From assembly GCA_003133265.1 (NCBI GenBank), contig PKWQ01000024.1, positions 1 to 58,688 of the forward strand: a stretch of 58,688 nucleotides of DNA, given 5' to 3'. The position numbers and the translations under genes are program-made. Within the stretch, counting starts at the first letter, position 1, and each line of letters starts with the position of its first letter. This DNA comes from Acetobacteraceae bacterium. GTDB lineage: Bacteria; Pseudomonadota; Alphaproteobacteria; Acetobacterales; Acetobacteraceae. Under the pieces are notes generated by a model. It saw only the letters and a program-made list of their open reading frames with translations. It ran no database searches and was not told the origin of the DNA. Shown here in pieces: positions 33,824-41,460 of the stretch.

Positions 33824-34278
33824 AGCGCTCCCCGACCTTTTGCCTGCCGCCGCAGGCTGTCCGCGAGACGGCTCAACTCGCCCTGGCGCTCCTGGACCGC
33901 CGCGAGTTCGATCATCGGCAGATGTCGGCGTTCGATCACCGACCATCCGAACTGTTCCGCGACCAGTTCCAGCAGCCGTCGGTCCCGCGTGGCGTGCAGC
34001 AGCGCCATGAAGCGAACCAGGCTGATCGTGTGGTCTTCGCGCGCCTGGCTGGCGTAGGCGTCCAGCATGTTCTTGCTGACATCCTGGCCGCTGAACTCTG
34101 ACATCAGCCGGGCGATCTCCGGCCGTCCCACCTTGCTGTCGCGCAGCGTCGTGGCGACGGCCCGGCAGACGCGGCCGGTCGCCGTTCCGGCGCGGACCTT
34201 GTCCTCGTCGAACCGCACCGTCGCCGCCGGCGGCGACCAGTCGCGCAACAGGTCGAGTTGGGCGCCGCTACGCGACAT
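33820..34278 (-). CDS. hypothetical early protein
   Basis: 152-aa ORF between the ParB-like gene and the HTH gene. Confidence 0.55.
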   Translation of the reverse strand: MSRSGAQLDLLRDWSPPAATVRFDEDKVRAGTATGRVCRAVATTLRDSKVGRPEIARLMSEFSGQDVSKNMLDAYASQAREDHTISLVRFMALLHATRDRRLLELVAEQFGWSVIERRHLPMIELAAVQERQGELSRLADSLRRQAKGRGAL

Positions 34279-34281
34279 CGG

Positions 34282-35112
34282 TCAGCGGCCCTTGTCGTCC
34301 GAGGTCACGTATTCCAGCTCGAACTCGGCCATGATCAGCTCGACGATTCGCTGCTTCGTCTGGGGGCTGTATTTCCCCCAGCGGCGGCGGAACGCCTGAT
34401 AATCCGCCTTGTTCTGATCGACTGACGCAGGTTGCTTGTTGCTGACGACAAGCCACGCCGCCGCGACGTTCTTCGCGGTGCCTTTCAGCACCATGGCGGC
34501 GGCCGAGAATTGCGCGCGGGGGTCTTCGATCTTCGCCAGCGCGTCGAGTTCGACGCCCTTGTTCGCCATCCAGGTTCCCGACAGCATCCGCCGGACTTTT
34601 GGCGTGATCCTGTTGAAGCGCCGAATGGCCCGGTCGATCGTCCCATCCGACACGCCCAGGCGTTTGGCTGTCGCCTCGCTGAACTTCTCTTTCAGAAACA
34701 CAAATCTGTGTTTCTGATCGGATCGGCGGTCTCCGCCTGTGGCCGTCTCGGGGTAAATCTTGAGGTAGAGCTCCTTCCGCTTCGCCAGAAAGGTGGCCCG
34801 ATCCAGCGCCGTCAGGTCATGCCGGATCAGGTTCTCGTCGATCTCCAGCAGCGCCGCTTCGTCGTTGGTGACCGTCTTCACGATCGCCAGGACCGTCATC
34901 AGACCGGCGATTTGCGCGGCCCGTATGCGGTGCGCGCCGGCGATCAGGCGGTATTTCCCGTCCTCCGAACGCTCGCGCACCTCGATCGGTGTCCGCTGGC
35001 CGTCCGCCTTGAACGACTCCGCCAGCATGGTGGCGTAATCCTCATCGATCTCCCGCAACCGCTCACCGACGTCGATCTGGTCGAGCGGGATCGCTACTAC
35101 CTTCATGTTCAT
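34282..35112 (-). CDS. ParB/Srx-fold (ParB-like nuclease domain) protein
   Basis: 276 aa. It has ...IPLDQIDVGERLREID...QRTPIEV....YRLIAGAHRIRAA... (ParB N-terminal box) and an ATGA overlap with the ner-like gene. Confidence 0.75.
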   Translation of the reverse strand: MNMKVVAIPLDQIDVGERLREIDEDYATMLAESFKADGQRTPIEVRERSEDGKYRLIAGAHRIRAAQIAGLMTVLAIVKTVTNDEAALLEIDENLIRHDLTALDRATFLAKRKELYLKIYPETATGGDRRSDQKHRFVFLKEKFSEATAKRLGVSDGTIDRAIRRFNRITPKVRRMLSGTWMANKGVELDALAKIEDPRAQFSAAAMVLKGTAKNVAAAWLVVSNKQPASVDQNKADYQAFRRRWGKYSPQTKQRIVELIMAEFELEYVTSDDKGR

Positions 35113-35441
35113 GCTCCTGCTTTCTTTTGACGTTTCACGGCGCTCACGCCGCCCTTAGGGTTCATGTCGATGGAGCGAGGCAAAGGAGAGCCATCGGTGC
35201 GCCAACGATCCGGCCAGAGTTCATGCGGAGACCTGCCCAAAGCCGCCGCGATCCGCCTCTCGACCCGCATGGAGTTGAACGGGCGGCGCAACGTGTTGCT
35301 GATCGCGGTGTGGTGAAGGCCCCAGCTTTCAGACAGGGCACAGAGACCGCCGAACCGCTTCCGGAGGGCAGCCTTGATATCCTCCGCGTGCCATCCGGTT
35401 GGTTTCCGTGCCACTCTTCCTCTCAGGCGGGGCGGCGGCAT
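35109..35441 (-). CDS. ner: Ner-like DNA-binding protein
   Basis: ORF trimmed to MPPPRLRG... at 35441, with AAGGA about 10 nt upstream. GWHAEDIKAALRKR...LSES.GL...ISN.L.RP....E..IA.ALG..P.ELWP.RW matches the Mu Ner family. Confidence 0.8.
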   Translation of the reverse strand: MPPPRLRGRVARKPTGWHAEDIKAALRKRFGGLCALSESWGLHHTAISNTLRRPFNSMRVERRIAAALGRSPHELWPDRWRTDGSPLPRSIDMNPKGGVSAVKRQKKAGA

Positions 35442-35460
35442 GATTTCTACGTCCTTAAAG

Positions 35461-35518
35461 TCACTGTGTTCAGTGAACGTAGGCACGTTCGTGCCTACGC
35501 GCAAGTCCTAAACGTGCC
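35461..35518. promoter_or_regulatory. early promoter/operator cluster between ner and the repressor gene
   Basis: Palindromes are TCACTG-TGTT-CAGTGA (35461-35476) and GTAGGCAC-GTTC-GTGCCTAC (35479-35498), with an extra AACGTGCC half-site at 35511-35518. On the minus strand, TTGCGC (35504-35499) is followed by a 17-nt spacer, which is the second palindrome, then TACGTT (35481-35476). Confidence 0.45.
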
Positions 35519-35608
35519 GATACAGTTCGGATTGGCATCAACTTGGCTTGAATGGGCTATAATAGGTTGATAAAATTGACGAAAACAGAAAACAACGGGG
35601 CGCATGAT

Positions 35609-36145
35609 ATGCCCATTGGTGCCGATACAGATCCAGCCGATAACCGTATTGCTCCGGAGGTGGGGGAACGGCTTCGTCAAGCCATCGAGTTGGCTGGCGG
35701 CCCATCGCAGATATCGGCCCGTTCAGGCGTGCCTCTTAGGTCTCTGAACAACTATCTTAGGGGGCGAGAGATGCGCCGGGACGTGCTGGTCGCCCTGGCC
35801 GACGCCTGCGGCGTGTCGATCGAGTGGCTCGCCACCGGCCGTGGGCAGTTTCTTTCCGAGCTGAACCGCCAGATGCTGGCCGCGCCTTCGACCGAATTCT
35901 CCAAGGAACCAGGGCGCCTCAAGCTCACCCCTGAATATACCCGCTTCGTAGAGTCCCAACGCCAATCCGCCATTCGGGAGGATCACCCGGAACCAATCGC
36001 CCCGCCGTCCCCGATCGACGTCCCCCGCTTGCAACAAGCCATCGATATCGTGAAAACCCTTGACGGCATCGGCGCCTTCGAGAAAGACAACATCGCCGAC
36101 CGCGTCGCCGCCGCCTACAACGTCCTCGCCGGAGCTAAACCATGA
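35609..36145 (+). CDS. XRE-type repressor (Mu c analogue)
   Basis: It is divergent from ner. HTH: GPSQISARSGVPLRSLNNYLRGR. The ORF-track start is 35552, but a perfect TATAAT at 35558-35563 argues for the ATG at 35609. Confidence 0.75.
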   Translation: MPIGADTDPADNRIAPEVGERLRQAIELAGGPSQISARSGVPLRSLNNYLRGREMRRDVLVALADACGVSIEWLATGRGQFLSELNRQMLAAPSTEFSKEPGRLKLTPEYTRFVESQRQSAIREDHPEPIAPPSPIDVPRLQQAIDIVKTLDGIGAFEKDNIADRVAAAYNVLAGAKP

Positions 36146-36750
36146 AAGCCGCCCTATTCCTCGCGTTCATTCTCCTTCAAGCAGCTCCCGCTGTTGCCGA
36201 ATCGCCCAACCAGGCCGCCCTGCGTGAGGCCCGCGCCTTCTTCATCCCCTGCGCCAAACTGCCCAAGGACGAACAGCCTAAGTGCAAGGAAAATCAGGCG
36301 GATTTCGTCGATGGATATCTCCACGCGAAGGCCGGTCGTGACGACTATATGTCTCAAATCACGACGTTTTTTGGCACGCATCCGCCTGGCCCTACTGATC
36401 CGCCTTATTGGGGCATCAAGCACGACAAGCGCCAAGCCTGCGCCTGGATGATCGTCCGCCACGAATCCGTGGCCGATCCTGGCCTTCGTCATTCGATCGA
36501 GTTCTATTTCCGCGCCGAATGCGGCGATGCCAGCCCCAACGAGCTACAGGCCATCACCGAACGTGCCGACCAGCTTCTCTATGAACTCCGCACCGCCCCC
36601 ACGGTCGCTCTGCAGCCGCGTGCCAGCACGATCGGCCCAAAGTGCATGTACCACACCGCCACCTCCCTGTTCGCCAATCCCGACGAGCCGAGCGAGCCTC
36701 TGCCGCCGGATTGCCCGAACGCTCCTAAGAGCCCCTCTAAGAACCGCTGA
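36142..36750 (+). CDS. secreted Cys-rich protein co-transcribed with the repressor
   Basis: 202 aa with an ATGA overlap to the repressor stop. The signal peptide is MKAALFLAFILLQAAPAVA/ES and the mature part has 8 Cys. I recognise no family. Confidence 0.7.
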   Translation: MKAALFLAFILLQAAPAVAESPNQAALREARAFFIPCAKLPKDEQPKCKENQADFVDGYLHAKAGRDDYMSQITTFFGTHPPGPTDPPYWGIKHDKRQACAWMIVRHESVADPGLRHSIEFYFRAECGDASPNELQAITERADQLLYELRTAPTVALQPRASTIGPKCMYHTATSLFANPDEPSEPLPPDCPNAPKSPSKNR

Positions 36751-36785
36751 TCACCCTCTCAGAGAGACCTGCCGCCCCGCGCCTC

Positions 36786-36961
36786 GATTTCCAATATCAA
36801 GTGGCGAGATCGCGCGCCGCCGCCGAATTTCCAGTTTCCAACCCACCGCGCTCACGCACCCCGCCGCCGCCCACAACCCCTTGATCTCCCGCCAGGAATC
36901 CCCCCAAATCCCGCGTCATCCCACCCAATCCCGGTTTTCCAGTATCAAGTGTCGGGGGACA
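36786..36961. repeat. prophage terminal region with repeated transposase-type binding sites
   Basis: The sites are gatttccaatatcaagtggcg (36786-36806), gaatttccagtttcca (36825-36840) and ggttttccagtatcaagtgtcg (36933-36954). The terminus is ...gggggaCA at 36961. Confidence 0.7.
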
Positions 36962-36997
36962 ACGAGGCGGGGCGGCCCTCCGTATTATCCCTACAAC

Positions 36998-37420
36998 TCA
37001 TGCCTTAGTCCGACCAAAGAGGTGAGCCAGCTTGGTTCTCAGCTCATCAGGCTTTTCGGTCTCACATTCCCAGATGGTGATTGCGGTCCAACCCTGAGCA
37101 GCCAGTCGCTCTTCGTTTTTTTGGTCTCTACGGAGGTTCTGTTCGAACTTCAGGCGCCAGAAGTCGACACGGGTCTTCGGTGTCGTCGTCTTGGAGCACC
37201 CATCGTGACGATGCCAGAAGCATCCATGCACGAAAATCACTGTACGAAATCTGGGGAGCACGATATCGGGCGTGCCGGGAAGGTCCGAACGGTGAAGACG
37301 AAATCTCAGGCCGAGACCATGAAGAAGGCTGCGAACAACGAGCTCAGGCTTTGTGTCGGTTCGACCGACCGCCCGCATGATCTTGCTGCGAACCGGGTCG
37401 ACCGTTGTCGGTCCAGTCAT
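36998..37420 (-). CDS. vsr: very short patch repair endonuclease
   Basis: 140 aa with ...SKIM...DTKPE...R..LH..G.RFR......PG.PDIVLP....VIFVHGCFWH.H..C... Confidence 0.9.
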   Translation of the reverse strand: MTGPTTVDPVRSKIMRAVGRTDTKPELVVRSLLHGLGLRFRLHRSDLPGTPDIVLPRFRTVIFVHGCFWHRHDGCSKTTTPKTRVDFWRLKFEQNLRRDQKNEERLAAQGWTAITIWECETEKPDELRTKLAHLFGRTKA

Positions 37421-39417
37421 GGCTTTGGCGGCGGAACGAAGTTGTCGATCGCGTCAAAGACGCCCCAAAGCTTGTCTATCTTCACATGCTCTTCCAAGTA
37501 ATCCGCATAGGCTTTCTGTGCATTGTTCAGGAGCTGGTCATAGAAGACGATACGAGCGTCCACGTTCTTCAAGGCTTCTATGACTCCCTTTTGGCCGGTC
37601 CCAACGGCGTCGTTCCATTCGGGAGGCGGCTTTCCAACTAGACAAATGATCTCGATTGGCCAACCGCTATACTCTGTGGTCTGTAGAATCCTTCGGGTAC
37701 CGTCTCGATATTTTCGTATCTGTTTCGTCAGATCGTCGAGTGGAACAGCTACAGACGCACGCTTGAGCTCAATGATGATATGCTTGCCTACGGCAGTACG
37801 ATAAACGATATCGACGCGTGCGGTCTTTTCCTTTCCCTTCAGTAATGTTTGGTCTTGTTGTAGAAATTTGTTGATAGACGTTTCCGCGTGTTCTGTACCT
37901 TTGGCGCGCTCCCAAGAAGGATCAAGTAACCATAGATGTTTAAAGATAAAATCTCGTAGGACGAGTTCTTTTTCGTCGGCGGTTAGCTTGTTTTGAAGGG
38001 TGTTGATTACATCAACGCGACCTCGAACGATTTGACCATAATAACTGACCTCAAGATCGTCAATATTCTTAAATATGTCCAGTATTTGGTCAAGATTCTC
38101 GTCCTTGATGTCTTCTAGCCGATCCAGCGCTTCTTTCCTTCGGTAGCTTTCGAAGGCAAGAATAGAGGCCTTTAGCAATTCTTTTCTGTCTGACTCATCC
38201 TGCGATCGGATGGTGTTGAGGCGCCCTATCCATCGCTCAGCCTTCTTCTTTGTGTCACCCTGTAAACTCTCGAGCCATGCAGACACGGCAGGCACGGAAG
38301 CCGCCACCTTCGCGCCGTCGGTTCGGCGCCAATCACTCCAGCGGCTAGCGACGTAACGAAGCTCCGAGAGAGTAGTTTTGCGGAGCGCCTCGAACCGTGG
38401 GTCGTCCTGCTTCAACGCTTGCCGGCTGCTAGTCGCGATGTCGCCTTGATCGTCGATGTCAAGTTCTTCGCAATGCAATTCTCCGATCACGTAATCAGCA
38501 TAGATTTCCTTCTGCGCAAACTCACTGAGGATGTCTTCCTGTGCCAGTTTTCCTCGCATGAAAATTGCGAGGCGGTTCAGGTTATCACCGTCCTCGTCCT
38601 TTAGTTGACTGGGGTTTTTCACCGTTCCAATCCAACCACCAAGCGTAATCCCAGCGTTCACAAGTTCCGACTTAACTATTGTCAGTCGCTTTTCCTCTGG
38701 GCGCGCGAGATTTTTGCAGGTTTTCACGAAGTCAGTCTGATTTCCGTACGTCCAGATGTATTCAATGGCGTTGTGATAGCTGCGGTCGTCGGGACCAATT
38801 TCGTCCTCATTGACGATCACTTTGAATCCAAACTTGGAACCGATGACGGAGAAACGCCGTGCCACGCGTCGCTTCAGGCCTTCGACCGTCATCCCGGAGA
38901 GATTGGTCGAGAGCCCGCCGAGGATGATTCGAGTGCCGATTTTCATCTCCGGAGGCCAAGTCGTCAGCTCCTCCGGTTTATAGACGTCGCCCGATTTGCC
39001 GGCGATCGCTTTACGAATGACCTCGCGGTCCATCTTGAAGGCTGTTTTGACCCCGTCCGCCGTAGTGTAGACCTCTGCGATCTGGGCGATAGAGAAGATC
39101 GATAGCTTGCCGATCCCTTTGCGACCCATCGGCTTCCGGCCGCCCGGCGTTATTGCACCCAGTTCGTCACGACGTTTGAAGCCGACGGTAAGGAAGCGGT
39201 CTATGACGCCGTCACGGTCCATGCCCGTTCCGTCATCCTGGATTGTGATGGTCCCGGTACCCTTGTCGATCGTGATGGTCACGAGCTTTGCGTCGGCATC
39301 CCATGCATTGGCGACGATCTCCGAAAGCACAGCGGGTATGTTGCTATAGAGATTGATCCCCAAATGCTCCAAGGCATTCATGCTGATGGTCATGACCAGT
39401 TCGCGCTTCACGCTCAT
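37417..39417 (-). CDS. GHKL-type ATPase with C-terminal PD-(D/E)xK-like nuclease motif (candidate restriction subunit)
   Basis: 666 aa. Bergerat-fold motifs are LSEIVANAWDA, IQDDGTGM and GRKGIGKLS. The C-terminus has ARVDIVY...GKHIIIELKRAS. There are ATGA overlaps with dcm upstream and vsr downstream. Confidence 0.75.
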   Translation of the reverse strand: MSVKRELVMTISMNALEHLGINLYSNIPAVLSEIVANAWDADAKLVTITIDKGTGTITIQDDGTGMDRDGVIDRFLTVGFKRRDELGAITPGGRKPMGRKGIGKLSIFSIAQIAEVYTTADGVKTAFKMDREVIRKAIAGKSGDVYKPEELTTWPPEMKIGTRIILGGLSTNLSGMTVEGLKRRVARRFSVIGSKFGFKVIVNEDEIGPDDRSYHNAIEYIWTYGNQTDFVKTCKNLARPEEKRLTIVKSELVNAGITLGGWIGTVKNPSQLKDEDGDNLNRLAIFMRGKLAQEDILSEFAQKEIYADYVIGELHCEELDIDDQGDIATSSRQALKQDDPRFEALRKTTLSELRYVASRWSDWRRTDGAKVAASVPAVSAWLESLQGDTKKKAERWIGRLNTIRSQDESDRKELLKASILAFESYRRKEALDRLEDIKDENLDQILDIFKNIDDLEVSYYGQIVRGRVDVINTLQNKLTADEKELVLRDFIFKHLWLLDPSWERAKGTEHAETSINKFLQQDQTLLKGKEKTARVDIVYRTAVGKHIIIELKRASVAVPLDDLTKQIRKYRDGTRRILQTTEYSGWPIEIICLVGKPPPEWNDAVGTGQKGVIEALKNVDARIVFYDQLLNNAQKAYADYLEEHVKIDKLWGVFDAIDNFVPPPKP

Positions 39418-40472
39418 TGGAGACCTTCAATATGAGATCGCACCGTTCGCGCGATGGCGCGGGCGAGGTTCACGGGTACTGCATTGCCAATGAGGCGGCC
39501 CACTTTCTTGAACTGGACGCGTTCGCTCGGTGCCACGAACTCGTAGTCGTGAGGGAATCCCTGAAGGAGCGCCCCTTCGCGCAACGAGAGTCCCCGATCC
39601 TGTTCGGGGTGACCGAAGCGGCCATTGCCGAATCCGAAGAACTGTGTGGTGATGGTTGGCGCGGGGGCTGTCCATGACATTCGTCCGTACACCGACGAAT
39701 AACCCCTGCCGGTTTCGACCTTGTGGCAATCGGCTACCAGATCGTCGTCCCAATCGCGCCAGGTTCCGCCAGGTTTTGCCGAAGCGATACGCCGAGCGTT
39801 GATCGGCGATAGCCTGCTTGCACAATGGAGTGAATCTCGCTCATCGACTCCTCCATGCTCAAGTGGTGGCAGGTTCCCGATCTCGTCCTTTACCGTCCGA
39901 TGTCGGTCAGCATGAGTTGGCTTTGGCATCGTGATCTCTCCCAGACGCGATGCCATCAACACGAGCCGCGATCTGGTTTGGGCGAGACCGAAGTCCGGTC
40001 CATAGAGAGTGCCCCAGACGACGTGATAGTTCGACTTCTTGAGGGTATTGACGAACCTTCGGAAGGTCGCTCCCTTTTTGAATGTCATCAAGCGCGGGAC
40101 GTTTTCCATTGAGACAACATCCGGTCGAACACAATCGATAAGGTTGCCAAAGGATTGGAGCAACTGCCAGTTCGGGTTTTCGTTCTTCTGATTGTAGGTC
40201 GAGAAAGGTTGACACGGGGCGCAGCCGACTAAAATACGCTTTCCGCCGGGCACGAAGAGTTTCTTGACCTCCGGGGCAGTCAGCATCCCAACGTCTTTCC
40301 GAAGGAATGGCGCCTTGTTGTTCGTCTCGTATGGATAGCGACAAGATTCATCGATATCGATGCCCGCCGCGAGCTGAAACGACTCCATTTTGAACCCGTA
40401 GGAGAGGCCTCCCGCACCACAGAATAGGTCAACCACTGAAGCGGGGGCCCGGGACGGCGGCTTAGATTTCAT
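39414..40472 (-). CDS. dcm: DNA (cytosine-5)-methyltransferase
   Basis: 352 aa with motif I DLFCGAGG, motif IV GCAPCQPFS, motif VI ENV, motif VIII QTRSR and motif X GNAVP. Confidence 0.92.
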   Translation of the reverse strand: MKSKPPSRAPASVVDLFCGAGGLSYGFKMESFQLAAGIDIDESCRYPYETNNKAPFLRKDVGMLTAPEVKKLFVPGGKRILVGCAPCQPFSTYNQKNENPNWQLLQSFGNLIDCVRPDVVSMENVPRLMTFKKGATFRRFVNTLKKSNYHVVWGTLYGPDFGLAQTRSRLVLMASRLGEITMPKPTHADRHRTVKDEIGNLPPLEHGGVDERDSLHCASRLSPINARRIASAKPGGTWRDWDDDLVADCHKVETGRGYSSVYGRMSWTAPAPTITTQFFGFGNGRFGHPEQDRGLSLREGALLQGFPHDYEFVAPSERVQFKKVGRLIGNAVPVNLARAIARTVRSHIEGLQ

Positions 40473-40672
40473 CGCCCGGCGGCCTTTCGCCGATCGACCA
40501 ACTCGTCATCCGAGATTGCGACGCCGCGCTCCCTAAGCGCCTTCAGTATGAAAGTGCGCACGGTTTCGTCCCGCTCAAGGGCGTTTCGGCGGATCGCCTT
40601 CTTCAGTTCGGGCGAGACCTTGATCTGCACCGTTTGTTCGTGATGAGGCGTAGGAATCATGGCGTCAGTCAA
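40469..40672 (-). CDS. ribbon-helix-helix (CopG/Arc-like) protein, candidate controller of the RM operon
   Basis: 67 aa with a TTG start 9 nt after GGAGG. The segment IKVSPELKKAIRRNALERDETVRTFILKAL has an RHH pattern. There is an ATGA overlap with dcm. Confidence 0.65.
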   Translation of the reverse strand: MTDAMIPTPHHEQTVQIKVSPELKKAIRRNALERDETVRTFILKALRERGVAISDDELVDRRKAAGR

Positions 40673-40689
40673 TGGCGTACACCTCCGAA

Positions 40690-40721
40690 GACATCATGAT
40701 TTCATGCTAGGATGATGTCAA
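40690..40721 (-). promoter_or_regulatory. candidate operon promoter with overlapping 8-bp inverted repeat
   Basis: On the minus strand, TTGACA (40721-40716) is followed by a 17-nt spacer and CATGAT (40698-40693). The inverted repeat GACATCAT (40690-40697) / ATGATGTC (40712-40719) spans both hexamers. Confidence 0.5.
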
Positions 40722-40753
40722 TTGTTTTGCTTCACGCCGAACGTCCGATCCCC

Positions 40754-40975
40754 CCTTTGCCGACATTTAAACCGCCCCACCACCGCCCCCCGGCCCGCAT
40801 GTTGCGTGAAAGATCGCCGGGAGGTTAACTGCCGGCTAATCGGCCCATGCCAGGACGCCCGACCTTGCCGCGGCTTTCGCTTCACATCCCCATCGGCGAT
40901 CGCACGGTCCCCGAGGAAGACGGGGCGATCGTGGCGCTCGACTGGGGCTGGGGGCGGGATCAGACCGAGACCGCG
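40754..40975 (+). repeat. 222-bp direct repeat, copy 1 (diverged copy of the ogt promoter and 5' end)
   Basis: It aligns without indels to 41547-41768, with about 20 substitutions by my manual alignment. Confidence 0.9.
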
Positions 40976-40978
40976 TAG
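40865..40978 (+). pseudogene. truncated ogt 5' fragment (37 codons then TAG)
   Basis: TTG at 40865 lies at the same offset (111) as the ogt TTG at 41658. It reads LPRLSLHIPIGDRTVPEEDGAIVALDWGWGRDQTETA* against MPQLSLHTPIGDLTVSEEDGAIVALDWGWGRDQTETA... in ogt. Confidence 0.8.
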
Positions 40979-41033
40979 CCTGACCGCAAGGCGGCAGTCC
41001 CGGCGTTCCGGCCAGAGATGAGAGAGAAAAAGA

Positions 41034-41453
41034 ATGAGCAATCCCGCGTTCAAATTCGATCACGTCCACATCGTCAGCGAAAATCCGCACGCGTCGGCCG
41101 GTTGGTATGTGGAGATGTTCGGTGCGACGATCGCCGCCGATACGGTTGCGTACGGTGCCCCGCAAATCTTTGTCGGTCTCGGGGGGGCGACAGTCCTCAT
41201 TCGTGGTCGCCGGCCGGGCGAAGCCCCGGTCGCCGCCAAGCCGATCCAGCCGTACGCGGGTTTTTCCAGCCATAACGCCTGGGGGACCGACCATTTCGGC
41301 TTCATGTACGCGGGCGATCTCGCCGCCTTCTGCGAAGAGTTGCGCGCCAAGGGCGTGACCTTCCCCATCGAGTTGAAAAAGGGAGTGGACGGCAGCTTGT
41401 TATGCTACGTCGCGGCACCCGATGGCGTGAGCATCGAACTTATGCAGTGTTGA
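41034..41453 (+). CDS. VOC-family (glyoxalase/bleomycin resistance/dioxygenase fold) protein
   Basis: 139 aa starting FDHVHIVSENPHASAGWYVEMFGA and ending ...DHFGFMY.DL.AFCEELRAKGV.F......PDGVSIELMQ. Confidence 0.8.
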   Translation: MSNPAFKFDHVHIVSENPHASAGWYVEMFGATIAADTVAYGAPQIFVGLGGATVLIRGRRPGEAPVAAKPIQPYAGFSSHNAWGTDHFGFMYAGDLAAFCEELRAKGVTFPIELKKGVDGSLLCYVAAPDGVSIELMQC

Positions 41454-41460
41454 GCACGCA

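Larger units (their letters stand above)
1..36961 (-). mobile_element. Mu-like transposable prophage (fibre-side end beyond left window edge; repressor-side end at 36961)
   Basis: Complete Mu-type gene order on the minus strand with a divergent repressor on the plus strand. The element ends in ...CA at 36960-36961, preceded by three TTTCCA(A/G)TATCAAGTG-type repeats. Confidence 0.9.

Noticed and set aside
36962-40760. A search for an integrase, recombinase, tRNA or att-type boundary that would define the AT-rich RM island as a discrete mobile element.
   Set aside because: None was found in the window. The left boundary is obscured by the Mu-like insertion, and the right boundary coincides with the truncated ogt copy. 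Mobility is therefore only inferred from composition.
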